64,000 bases of DNA from Styela clava. Lineage: Eukaryota. The notes under the pieces are model-generated. The model made no database searches, was not told the origin of the DNA, and saw only the letters and a list, made by a program, of their open reading frames with translations. Shown piece after piece: positions 51,283 through 64,000 of the stretch. Position numbers and translations under genes: made by a program. Numbering within the stretch: position 1 is the stretch's first letter; each line of letters begins with the position of its first letter. Location of the stretch: NCBI RefSeq assembly GCF_964204865.1, contig NC_135255.1:15066001-15130000 (forward strand), given 5' to 3'.

Positions 51283-53810
51283 ATAGCCTTAAGCACGTCA
51301 GAGGTCGCTCGCAACTCATTTTCATCATTATTGCTTTCACATTTAGTTGAGTACCAAGAACCTTGATTTTTGAAGAAATATGTATAATAATGTTTTTGTG
51401 TTGAAGTCGGATCTTCACACAATCTCTTCAAATTTAAGATTACTTTACCCTTCTATCACGCCGATCCCGTTTTTATCATTCTGGCGTATAAAAGAGCAAA
51501 AAGGACGTTTATAATCAGAGTTGCGAATAGGCTTAGCGTAGACCTTAGCGCAAATCCATATTTTTTAAACTCAAGTCTGGGCGCAACACCAGCTTGACGA
51601 ACAAGTTTAGTCAATGTGGCGAATAACAAAAAATGATCAATGATTAAATATGCTTATAAAATGATGAGCTGTGCCATAGTTTCTGGTGACGGGGCTTTTG
51701 TGAATTTTCCCGGAATTGAAACTCCGAGCTATTTTAATAATGATCCCGAGAATAGGTTTACGAAAAGTTTGAAAATCGAATATATACATTTGATAGTCTT
51801 GTATCATAACTCTTACATAAAATTATTATGAATTGTCTTAACCCCTCAGAATAAATGTATCTTTTCTCCCCACAACCCAATCTTTCAAACGTCGAATTTT
51901 CCAAATGCGAATGAATTCCCTGATACAGCGAGTGGTTCCCAAACTTTTAGGTAAAATTTGCACAACCGTGGGAATCCGAGAAAACTTTGGGTAAACTGTA
52001 TTGTTATCTTCCCAGCAGCTGTGCAGTTTTACTAAAATTTTCTTCTATGTGGATATATTATTAAGTGTCTCCTCAAAAGATAGATTGGGTACCGTTTTAA
52101 CTACACCCGGGCAGCTAGAAGCATTTACTACAAAAATTTAAAAAAATTGTATTTTAGTGCAGAAGGCGCGTAAGAATATGTTGATTGAGACATATTTTAT
52201 ATCAAAACTTCTTTAGTTTCCGTTCCTTATTTTCGCTATAGGCATCCTTGGTAATACCTTTTCTAGGCATCCCTGTTATATTTGGTAAATGTGTGGCTTG
52301 AACAGGTTCAAATAAATCAAAATCAGTTTTTACAGTCAATCCGAGGACAACATCAAAGATGCTAATTAATAGAAATAATGCAATAAGTCAATTATTGATT
52401 TTCATCGACGAATAGTATATTAATATACTAGAAATATCACTGAAATTTGGAATCTTTACTGTCAACGATGTTCAGATTTTGATTAGATTTCGAATCAAGA
52501 TTGACCGCTTGTGTCCTAAGATAGAAAAATAATTAAAGCCAGCTCACGTGTTAATAGTTCATATTAGAGCAACATATTCATGATTTTCCTACGTAAAGTG
52601 TAATTCAATGTGTCAAAAATGACCTCTTATCAAAATATATACAGGAATTATTTCTTGAATAACAAACTATTATTTAACAAAATTATCAATTTTCCTAGTA
52701 TCGCGTTCGAGTGGATTCATAAACCTACGACAGTGTTTTCGATGTTGAGTAATTTAGTATTCTTACTAGCCTAATAGTTTTCATGAATATCGTGATTACT
52801 AGAGATTTTATGACTTTGAATTCATTGTCTATATCCCACGTTTCCTAGCTAGAAATCTTCCTTAATATTACAACCTTCAAATTACTATAAGTATAAATAT
52901 AGCCTTGACAAGCGACTAAATTAATGACGCGATATGCGTATATCGCTTCTTCCGGTTAGCTATTGTGGCTGATATATATATATAGGCTATATATACCTGC
53001 CGTTGTGTACATTGATAAGAACAATGATGGTGCAAAACACATATTTAAACTGTCAGGGCTTCTGTACTGTTAAAAGCAAGTGATCCATCGTTGTTGTATA
53101 ACCGTACTAATAAGCGCCGGAATACCGGAAACTGATTCCCAATTCTGATGCGATTTTTCAGTATGAACTCTATGTAAGATCTTTGACAAGACTTTTGTTT
53201 ATCGAAATATTTATAGTATGAATACTTGCTCCAAAAAACATTCACACGTAAAATAAAGCATAATCCAAACCATTTTTTGATTTAACTTATCTCAATTGCA
53301 CGACTAAATGTATATTATTTATCGAATTGTCTTCACAGGATCAATTAACAGTGCCCTGTCTCATTTATTGTTCAAAATGTTAATCATCGCTGGAATTAAT
53401 GCGAATTTATTTAGAACCAAAATAACTGCTTCGGTTGTGTTTGGTCATTTTACCCAGCAGTTCAATAGTAGATTTTTGTTGAACACGAACTGAAGTTTTA
53501 AAGCAGACACTGTCCGTTTTTCTTGCCAACTGTTCAAAATTTCGGCGGATGTTACATCGTTTCATGCCATCAATTTCACAAATTTTCTTCACCAATATGT
53601 CATAAATCCATAAATTGTACTACACTTTTTGCAGACTGGAAGTGGCTATGGTTTGTTGCATTGTACTGCAAACAAATCGTCCGATTCGTCCGCTTTTTCC
53701 AAGAAGGTGTCAATAAAAATAAAATAACCTTTCAGAACGACGTGTACGAATACTCTCACATGTAATTACACGTTATTTTCAATCATAGGTTCAATTCTTT
53801 CCGTGTTACG

Positions 53811-54971
53811 TCATAATTTACATTCATTTAAAGTAATAGTGGACACACAAATTGCGTCATTGCTTGTACTTGCAATTTCAGAAGTTTTCTTTGGTTTGGT
53901 TGAATATCCCGTGCTAGAGGCCTCTGCGCAACTCATGCAGACCACAGTTAGGATTTGAACATTGTTTCCAAATGTGGTAAGAAGACATAGTAAGTTCACC
54001 AACGTACTAATGTCATATATGGTATTTGCAATCACCCGAGGAAGATCGAGAGGAACTCGTGTAACAATACCCATGGCTGCAAGATCCGAGATCACAACTA
54101 CTGCGCAACCTATCATGGATCGGTGTATTGTTCTTGCAACCGGACTCGCCCCTGGATTACCCACTATTGTCAGCCATAGAGTCCTTATGAATGAAGACAC
54201 TCTACTCTTCATCCCGGTGAATCCCTCAGTTTGTAGTTTCGTCTTCTTGTCTGAGTTTATTCTTTGTGACATGTTGTCCTTCATCTCCCGGTTGCTTAGT
54301 ATCATTGGATAGACAAACAAACCGAGCAATATTGTTTGAATTACCACTAATGCTCCTGCCAGGACGTACTGACCAACACCTTCGATGAATTCCTCGTAGT
54401 CATCCCGTTCTGACAAAGGTGTTAAACTGCAGCCATATGGCGTTGCAGAAAACTGATCTGGTATTGTATATATGCAACTCAGGCCGGGGGATAATACGGA
54501 AAAGACGACAAGTGCAAACCAAGTGAAAGGTTTCACACATTTCGCAGCTAATGGACGAACAGATGGATGTGCGTAAATTATTTTTTGACGAAGCCAAAGA
54601 AAAAAATAGGTCATGTATGTCGAAACAGAGTACGCTCCGTTAGTCAGGTCTGATACCATCTCACAATATTGCAATCCATTCTCAAACTTTGTAAGATTGA
54701 AAAGTATACAATCTCCAATAAGTCTCGGCAATGAAAAAATCACAGCCACAACGCACATTGCGTATATGATTCCGCAATTCATGCTCGATGCTCCTGACGT
54801 CTTTTTCCACTTGTGCTTTTTCGTTCCATATATCAGCATGCACAGTAGTAACCATATTGTACAAAGCAGTAGGATTCCATTTATTACTTGGAATGCTATC
54901 ATAATCGACAAAGTGTTTGTCCTCACGTTTGTGGTAGTAGTAGTTGTATAATTCGTGATATTCAAGACCAT
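53811..54971 (-). CDS. Orphan 7TM GPCR-like receptor, paralog 4 (most divergent, intronless)
   Basis: ATG at 54971 (MVLNITNYTTTTTT). Motifs LPRL, YCE, FLWLRQ, PYGC, LGLFVYP, RTIHRSM and YDISTLVN. Confidence 0.87.
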   Translation of the reverse strand: MVLNITNYTTTTTTNVRTNTLSIMIAFQVINGILLLCTIWLLLCMLIYGTKKHKWKKTSGASSMNCGIIYAMCVVAVIFSLPRLIGDCILFNLTKFENGLQYCEMVSDLTNGAYSVSTYMTYFFLWLRQKIIYAHPSVRPLAAKCVKPFTWFALVVFSVLSPGLSCIYTIPDQFSATPYGCSLTPLSERDDYEEFIEGVGQYVLAGALVVIQTILLGLFVYPMILSNREMKDNMSQRINSDKKTKLQTEGFTGMKSRVSSFIRTLWLTIVGNPGASPVARTIHRSMIGCAVVVISDLAAMGIVTRVPLDLPRVIANTIYDISTLVNLLCLLTTFGNNVQILTVVCMSCAEASSTGYSTKPKKTSEIASTSNDAICVSTITLNECKL

Positions 54972-56893
54972 TGTTCTTGTTCTATATATTCTTTCATACA
55001 AGCTTACCTAAATGATCTATATATTTACAAAGATGAAATAAGACACTCTAAAAATTGCCAATATATTCAATTGCATTGTTGTTCAATGGCATGTAGTGAC
55101 GCACTGCAGAGAATTTCAAAATACAAAAAGGAGCGCATTTTACGCGAGCCCCGTCGTACTGCTTAATAAATACATATCTACCATAAACCTTGCTTGTTAT
55201 TATGTCAAACAATTGGCAAACTTATGTGCACTTGAAGAGATAACTATAAGCTCTGACAGTATGATGGTGCTTTTATAATTTTGAAACTTTATCGATATTA
55301 TTACAAAGCCTTAACGTGGGGACTACAAAAAGCACCAACAACCCCTTAACCACAGCTATAGGCAATTAATCAGAAACGCCCTTTGTCTACTTGCCTTCAC
55401 TTTAACATGACATGTCAGTCTATAACGTTTGGTCACTGCCGTTTTATTTAACACCAGCTGGCTAACTATGCACGCTTTGATTCCGGAAGTATTTTGCGAA
55501 AATTTAAATTAGAACATTTCGTCATTCAGTTTCTTGTCAGAGAATCTGTGTTGGTTTAACAGTGTCTCCATTGGATTTGGATCTAGTCTACCACTTAGTT
55601 GGCTCAGAGCTACGACAACTATTTCTCTATGCGCGCTTCTCAATCGTTATAATATATATATACAGGATTACCATCTACCTAAAAGCCAAAAATAAGCACG
55701 GGTGTCAGAAGGATAATTATTTTGGTGGGTACTTAATAACAGTAGAAACGTAGAATAAAATGAGAAAGAAATCATACACAAGTCTCTTGTGTTTTTTTTT
55801 AATTCGAAGTCGATTCGAACAAGGTTGCAAAACATAAACACATACTTTTAAATATTAGCATTACTGAGAATCAAAAAAAAGATCGTTTTGATGAGATGCG
55901 TTGTTTAATCATTGGACGGAATGATTGCTGGTATTTTGCAGTATGAAATGCCCAATCACCCCCAGAAGCAGCTACCTTGTAGTCTAGTTTTAGGTGGGAA
56001 AGTTTGCTTGTATAAAAGTCATCATATATACTTTGGTTTCCCACAATGTTTTTTGCAAAATTTTTGTGGTTGTATTGTGGGCACTAATTGCTGTTTTTCC
56101 CGTGCCTTTAATTTAAATTAATATCGCTGTCACAATAGCAGGAGTGAGCATAGCGCACACCCCTCCGACTTCGTTTGACATTAGCCAATTCCTTTTCATA
56201 TTCGTAACGGAACTCAAGCTTACTCTCACTCATTGTATAAATTATGGTTTGTCCCTAAAAACAGTATCCATGAAAACTAGCAGCAATTGTTGTAACTGTG
56301 TCACAGTTTGCCTGGAAAAACGCGAACCTTTCCTTTAACAGAAACATTTCGCGCTGCGAGTGAGTGAGACATAAGGTCAAGGTGAAACGTGGATAAATGC
56401 TACGTTACAATAATAACGCAGGGAGGCGTTACGTATAATAATTAATAATAAACACCGTCTCTCATTTTCACGCAATCTTTGTACGCAAAACACAAACGAG
56501 TCATACATGTTTATAAGACAAAATAAGCACACAACTGAAAAATAAGCACTTTTCTTAGAAATAAGCACATTGTTACTAGACGCGGGCTAGGAAATAAGCA
56601 CAAATCTTAGAAATAAGCACAATATGGTAATCCTGTATATATAGCAGATTACATCCTTTGAGATGGTCATATTACATTTTGGCGGATTTTACGACACGAT
56701 TTCATTTAATGTCAATGGGAATATTCTCAGTTCGTTTTATTCGAAGGTGATATTGGTATGCTGACCACGTAAAACTATATATTTATAATCAATTATTAAT
56801 ATGCTTCCACGAAGTATGAATATCTATTATGTATGTTTTTATTAACCGCTTTGTTATGACTCCAAATTTTTACAATAATGTTATGATCTAAGT

Positions 56894-58128
56894 CAGGGGT
56901 CCGGTCCGCAATAACACGCAAAAATGGCTAAATTTTTTTCCAAGGAAGATTTTCACGAGCATCGTCGTCCTTGTTTATTTCGTAACATTGGCCAATCGGC
57001 AAGATGCAGAAAAGTGACGTAATAACACTTTTGTCACCCTAACAGATTTTCAGTCGTGGTTGTAAACAAAACTTCGTTTTTGCGACTTTGAATGCTACCA
57101 GTACGTAACGTTTTCTGCGATACACTTGTACACTCGTGGCGCTTGCTTTCGACGAAACTGTTTGTTTTTCGTGCTAAAATAAACGTCGAATGTGCATCTT
57201 GTGCTAACAGTACTGTAATCCCTCGCGTACTGCTCCAATTTCAAAAGCCACACTAACTTTTGTACTGCTTTAATGCGGATATTCATGTAGGTATGTTACA
57301 AAAAAATTGAAGTTCATCCGATTTAAATAAAAACTAACGGAGATATCGGAATTTTAGTACCGCCCGACAGCCAATTTTTTCCATAATGATTGTATTACTT
57401 TTTTGATAAGAACTGTACTAAATATGGAAAAATAACACATATCAATCACTAATCTTTCGATGTGCGTCACATCTATGGTATATTGAGATAATTTCAGGAT
57501 TTTATTCTGGCAACGGTCATTGACACCGCCGAAAGATCGTCGCAAATAAACGCTGGAGTTGTGCATGATAGTTTGACAGTGGTTCATTGTGGTTAATAAT
57601 TAACGATGTTCTGATTGTACGAACTTCATAAAAATTGGTAAGTATCAAGTTAGACAAGAAATACACACGTCCATATAAATTTTATTGGTGTCCATAGACA
57701 ATATCAATAATTTGCACTACGTATAACTGGAGCGTAATTTTTAAAAGCGTCGAATGTTGGGAAATTTATGCGCATGAAATTCAAATACCAGATAATAGTT
57801 GTTTATTTTATCTAAATTATGTCAAAATTTCATAGAATTCCAAGCTACAGCAGGCAGTCGTTTTTATGAGCGATATTTCAACACGGCGTAACGGTACTTA
57901 GCAGACGTGATGCGTACATTTTTTGTCGCGGATTTTGTAACATTTCTAATTCATGACAGCAACGTTTTGATAACAGCTAAACTCCTAGGATGTTCTCGAT
58001 CTATATTCTGCGATATTCCCAACATTTGTGAATTTATTGTATTGCATTGACAAAAATATTCATCCGGCCCGTTTCAACACAATTTGAGTCATACCCGGCC
58101 CGCGGTCAAAAAAGTTTGGTGACCCCTG
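56894..58128. mobile_element. Non-autonomous hAT (Buster-like) element
   Basis: Ends CAGGGGTC / AAGTTTGGTGACCCCTG. Perfect 8-bp TSD ATCTAAGT at 56886-93 and 58129-36. The left subterminal part is internally deleted. Confidence 0.83.
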
Positions 58129-60931
58129 ATCTAAGTGAACAGATATTGAACAAGTCACACTGGCTGAGCTATCAGTTTAGTTGTTAACATGACTTAACAG
58201 ATTACATGAATAACCATAGAGATCACCACAACCTAGCAAGCGGAAGTTGTCCGGTTCGTAGTATGTGTACAACAACGCTTTCATCACTGGCAGCGCACAA
58301 CGTATATGATTGCTGTAGAATTACTCATCCAAGGCTGTTATTAAAGACGTTTTATGAAATTTGCTATAATCAGCAGTAGTGGCGTAACTACGTAAATGGC
58401 GCCCATGGCGAAGTTTTAAAATGCGCCCCTTCCCTTAATGACTGTTGTTGAAATACTTGTAGAGTAAAAATACCCGTTTCAGTTATTTCCAATTTGAAAT
58501 GATTTTATCGAAACATTTGATGATTAAAAGTTTTCGCCGTTTTTGCTCCCCTGTCCAAACAACGCACATGGCATGAGTCATGTCTGCCACACCCAGGGGC
58601 GTAGCCAAGGGGGGTCCCCCCCCCCCCCCTTTGGAATGTGTAAAAACGACGACTAATAGGCGCGACTCGCCACGCGCCGAATAAGCGCATAAAACTTTAT
58701 GGCTCCGGATGCCGTCAAGTAGAAGCGACGTGATTGTGACTGAATTCGTGACTGAAGGCGACTTATGGATCTTTCCCCGACCTTTGACCCCCGTAAATTT
58801 CTTCCGAGTTGGCGCCTGTAAAATAGGGTATTTTGCTTCAAACAATTATTCTGATTCACAGCATTCAACAATCTGTTTTGTAAAAGTACCGGTGAAGAAT
58901 TTTAGCGTAGTCTATTGCAGCTATTTCTACACTAATATTTTATTACTGCAGTTAAACTAAAACTTCTAAGAAGACAAAGCGATTATTGAATTATTTGATT
59001 TACATTTAAATATCCGAAACAGAACTAAAGATTAACGAATATATATTTCAAAAACGCGAAAACGAGGTAATGTTTACGACGACGCCTGAAATCAGTCTGA
59101 GCGAGAAAAGTGTCTGAGCGGATGCGAAACCACGTCACTCTTTGCATCTTGCTGATTGGCCAATGTCCCGAAGTAAACAAGGAAGTCGATGCTCGGGGAA
59201 ACATTCATTCAGTCCGCGATTTCTATTTGATGCCTCTATTCCTGGCAAATCCTGACATATTCAGTTTCTATTTCTAGAAACATTCTGTATCACACGTAGC
59301 AATTTTTAGAACATCAGTTCTCTTAGAAACTCGCGTTTTGCGGCCTCTGGCCAGACCACCTGTTGCTGTCAAACTTGGCAATTACAAATGTCGGCGCTCC
59401 GAAAGTATTCGTACCAAGATGACGCACAACCTGAACCCTAACCTGACACACATACTATTTTCAGGTTGTGCGACATTTCGTACGTAAACTGACTTACAAA
59501 TTGTTTCTATTCAGTAACGAACCTCAATGTTTTAAACCGTCAATCATAATAAAGTTGATAATTATGCAAGGCAATGAATAGGCTCTTCTTTTTAGATATT
59601 GCGAATTCATTTGCATTAATTTGGTTAATAAACGAGAATACTGGACATTCGTATCCCGGAACTCAGCCATCAAAGCGAGTATAACCGTAATAATAAACAA
59701 ACAATTAAATCATACATTTAGCGTCATCGTAATTTGAATAAGACTATATCATCGCTATTGATAGACGAAATGCATACACAATCGCATGGAGTTCCTGATA
59801 TAACAACTATTCTATGTATTCAATACATGCAAGACAAATAAACGTGCTTTTGATCACTTAAGATCAGCTCTTTTACGTAAATATTCTGGTCCCAGCCTGA
59901 TTGGCACAGAAAATAAATGTCTGACCTTGAAGTGAATCTTGATTTATTTTCCATTCTATTCTTTACGAGACACATAAAAAAAGACATCTGCAAAAGCTTA
60001 ACACGTGGGCGTGCGATACATACATTATAAAGTAATGCTCAAAACGGAACGCCTGACGCAGTGCGATGAAACTGAGGTAATATACAGTTAATCCAAGTCT
60101 GTGACATTCACACTGACGTATTGCAGGTAACGTAACAATTCGTTCTTGTTGAAATAACAATGGTAGCATCGACTATACCGATTGGAATAGTTTGAATTTG
60201 TTCCAGCTTCACTACCTCCTTAATAAAATTTCTGATCCCCGTGTACAATACTATTCAAGCATCAGGACCGTGTTTCCTAACTTTTTAACAACCTTATCGT
60301 CTTTCTGCGCACCGACCTGCTTTTAAACATATCCTAGTTAATCAAGTGAACCTACACTTTAGAACAATTTGTTGGTGCATAATATTTTGGTGTATTTTTC
60401 AGATCAGTGGAAATTTGTTTGTTCGCACACAAAATATGAAAAAAAGAAAGCGAATAATAATAATTTTAGAAAATTGCGTCAGTGAAAAAAAAACGATCAA
60501 ATCAATGCGCCGACTAATCCAACAAATGCAGCAATTTTCTAATTTTGTCAAAACGGTCATCGCTTAGAATGAAGGCAAGCGAAAGAACAGATTTACCGCG
60601 ACAATGCAAATTGCGAATAGGAAAGCAAGCATTGCCATGAATAATGCAATCACCTTAAGACGAAAAATATTTCTATGATATGGTGACAATATATAACAAA
60701 AAGCACTAAGCAAAAATACGCCACTTTGGCCTATGGAACTGTGGCATATTTCTTAAATTAAAAGAAAAAGAATAAACAAAAGATATGCAGTTATGTACAA
60801 AAGCAAACGACCATTTTTCGCAAGCAATTTGATGTTATCAAAGGTGATACCAGTCTATCAGATAAAGCTGCTGGGGAATATATTCAGATTTAAACTTGGT
60901 TATTGTAACTTTTGCTGCGGTTTACTAAAAG

Positions 60932-63900
60932 CTAGATTCGAAGTACTGTTTCCCCGCCTTCGCCTACAGGTGTGAATGCCGAAGACGTGGAAAATTTTTC
61001 TGGTGTTGGATATGTCGGCGATCTATCGGAATGAACGGCAACGTCAGCACTTCCACCACATCCACTGTCTGTATCATCGTCATCAGAATGATTATGTTCC
61101 AAGTTTTGAGATGCGTTTGTTCTCGAAACGTTTAGAGCTAAAGATAGTTCGTCGCGAAATCGTACGGTCTGATTCGTGTCCCTTTTTTGTTGTCTTGACG
61201 GAATTGTAGATGTGTTTGATCTCATAGAGCTTTTTCTATCCTTAGTAAACCTTTCATTTGTAGCTGAGGGCGACGACATTTTGCATGTTTCATTTTCCCC
61301 TGTGCCAGTTAAATTTGATGAATTATGCTGAGATCCGGTTTCGTCAATTACACCAAGCGCATTTGATCGCGATTCCGGAAGTGGAAGATCGAGCCCGAAA
61401 GTATTGATGGTCCCGTCGTCATTTACGATGCTTGTCCTCTGCTGTAAAGAAAAAGAAAAATTTATGTTAAATTTTGTAGTAAGACAAAACGCACTGGTAC
61501 ACGCACCAGTACTAATTTCTGGTAGGGTTCAAAATCAATTTACTCAGTTTGTGGATGTTATATATTATTGTGAATATTATATAAGGCCCCATTTGATTAA
61601 TTGATCCGTTTAAAAGTCCATTTCGTATATTTCGACGCCGGATAATTTATTTTGTTTGTGAATATAAGGCCCTATTTAATTAATTGCTTCGTTTGAAAGT
61701 ACATTTCGTATTTCTTGACGTCGGTTGTTAACATGTTGAAAATTTCGAATTAAACACTATGCTTAACGTATCGCTCATAGTATGAGGAATTATGTAGAAT
61801 CCATTCCTAACCAGGAATATTCTGGTCTTCATGAAAACTCACCTCGTATTTATGCAAAATCACGAAAACGGTTTGTTAACCCTTTTTAAGCCTCAAGCCC
61901 TGCCCATTTTATGGGTATATTTGAAACTTATTTTTTTATGTCAACCATTAATCCCTAAAGCTTTATTCATGGGTTTTTAAAAGCGTCTGCTAGAGTTCTA
62001 TTCAGCAATATATCTTTAAAACACACCCCTCGAAAAAAATTTTTGCAAAAAAATTTCAAAAATTTCTAAAAAAAAAATTGGACTTTGAGATATTCTGTGT
62101 ACAGTAGAGGGTTAATAATTAATTCCTAATTAATTAATTTTTTCTTCAACGTTTTCGTCAAGTTTTTCCTAACATAACAATACCAAAACGACTATTATAG
62201 CATGAATGGTTATCACTCTGAAATTCACAATTGTATTTACAGTATTGTCAAGTTCAAGGTCAAATTACCGATACTGATGACGTCACAGCTCTTATTATTA
62301 CTGCACAGACCACCCCCAATGCAAAAAAATTAAATTTTTTCGACGGAAATGCGTGTAGAACGGCGTAACCAATCTCATACGCGCATTTACGCGTTAAAAT
62401 TACCATTAATTTTACGTTTTTTTTACATACAAAAAATCTCCATACCTCTGCCAACTATGGAGCATTCGAAATCATATTTATCAAAACAACACAGCGCCAG
62501 GGATGGTCAGGGATAGTTAGTATGACTGAAAATACATGCTAAAACAATAATAAGTCGTTATAAAGGAGTATTTCCTGTCTGAAGGGAGTCACATTTTTCA
62601 GACGTCTGACAGGTGATTTTGAAATCCAGGATATTTATACGATTCGCACTTTGCGTCACGGCTGGAAGGTTTTATCGCTTCTCTCATATCAGGGCATTAC
62701 GTTGATAAACAGCTAAGAGCGATATTGACTCTATAAGTACATAAATTTTAGAATTTATCAAAAAGTACACCCATATGGGCGTTCCGGCTGTAGAAGGGGT
62801 TTGTTAATATTACTGACATAATTGTATTGTATTAAGACCTACCTTGGGAATGTTAGTTGCATTGCTCATGTTGTCCAAACTTCTGACATACAATCCACTG
62901 TTGCTTGAAGTCGAAGAACTTTGAGAATTTCTGGTGCCACCATATGCAGAATGATCCCTGTCCACGTCTACGGCGTATTCTTCTATAGGATTATCTGACA
63001 TGGACATCAAAGATGTTGTATATCCACAGGGATCTGATGGCCTCGACACGACGTTATAAAGGCAAGTTTCGGCTGAATTGACATTGTATATGGATTGGTT
63101 TTGCAGAATAGGTTTGGAATTTACGAATGATGTTCTACATTCCGGAATGGCGCTGCAACAATCTTCGCAGTAAGGATCAAAACTATATCGCGACGAATCG
63201 AGAGTACGGTATTGTCGTAAGCTGCTTCGGTATCCCAAACCTGTATAAAGAAGTTGTGTGTTAATACGAAATAGTCACGCAACGTCATGATAAAAAGTGG
63301 TAATATAGTAAATGTTACCTTGTGTGTTTTTTGCGACGTTAGTTCCAGAGTACGACAGGGAGCTTAGTGCATCACAACTGTTGCCTCCACTCGGCCTTTT
63401 TGAGTAACTATGTCCTTCGTAAAGTGGTAAAACTGGAGGAAGTGGAAGATCCAGAGATTTGTCGAATGACTTTCTGCGGTTGTTTGTGAGGCATTCATCG
63501 CTAGGCAAAACATCTCTTCGAAAGCGAGGCTGCGTGAAATTACGAGGCATATGCGGCTCCTCTGTGATGGGCCTCTGCATTCGAGCACTTTGACTCGTAA
63601 ATCCGAAGCGAGATAGTGACGCTTGTGATGTCACAGCATTAACGTCGTCTTTGAACGTGGGAAACGAGAATTTCGAGGCATGGCCATATCTGGAATCTGT
63701 TGAAAAAAGAAAATAAGTGAATATGTCCCTTGAACAACAAATTTTAAATTCATCCATTGCCATTAGACCTTACCTGGCTGGTCAATAGAACTCTGACTGT
63801 CACACCTTGATACCGAGCAATCTAAGTAGCACGGCTGTCTGGCTTCCCTTGAATCAGAAGAGATTATTTTTGTCGCGGGGTCTTCACTGTCAAATTGATA

Positions 63901-64000
63901 ATCAAATCCAGATTCACCTTCTACGTTTCTGGTTAGCATGTGTTGATCTTCTTTGCAATCAGTGTCAACTTTTTCTTGTCTTCGTTTACTCGTCGAACCG
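60932..64000 (-). CDS. 3' exons of an unidentified protein with a long Ser-rich, probably disordered C-terminal region (5' end outside window)
   Basis: Exons >64000-63774, 63696-63319, 63240-62843 and 61441-60932 join in frame at GT-AG junctions (QP|DSRY, NTQ|GLGY, IPK|QRTS) and end ...GEGGETVLRI-stop. No recognisable domain in this part. Confidence 0.75.

Noticed and set aside
46190-54951. Plus-strand ORFs of 97-116 aa overlapping the receptors
   Set aside because: Antisense shadows of the 7TM genes; they resemble each other only because the sense genes are paralogs.
61877-62115. piggyBac-like MITE (TTAACCCT...AGGGTTAA)
   Set aside because: The inverted match extends only ~5 bp beyond TTAA and no second copy is in the window.

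Overview
AT-rich (~33-35% GC by eye), intron-rich eukaryotic DNA. It is most likely from an ascidian (tunicate), probably a stolidobranch; this is inferred from gene style and spliced-leader-like sequence. All nine protein-coding genes found are on the minus strand: the 5' part of a ZnT1/SLC30A1-like zinc exporter (75-2055, runs off the window), a complete 33-exon NUP155 (6816-24611) with a U12-type intron, an intronless SSR4/TRAP-delta (25363-25863) only ~750 bp upstream of NUP155, a 10-coding-exon PKNOX/Prep TALE homeobox gene (33426-37616), four paralogous intronless orphan 7TM receptors (46150-54971), and the 3' exons of an unidentified Ser-rich protein (60932->64000). Non-coding DNA holds many non-autonomous transposons with intact target-site duplications (hAT/Buster, MULE, pogo-like), plus Helentron/DINE-like elements, a tRNA-derived SINE and several tandem repeats. 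The most unusual signals are: two head-to-tail decayed copies of what appears to be the stolidobranch 24-nt spliced leader, a candidate SSR4-NUP155 trans-spliced operon, the orphan WLRQ-type GPCR cluster, and dense TACCG(G)TA motifs near gene 5' ends that match the termini of a local TA-targeting transposon.
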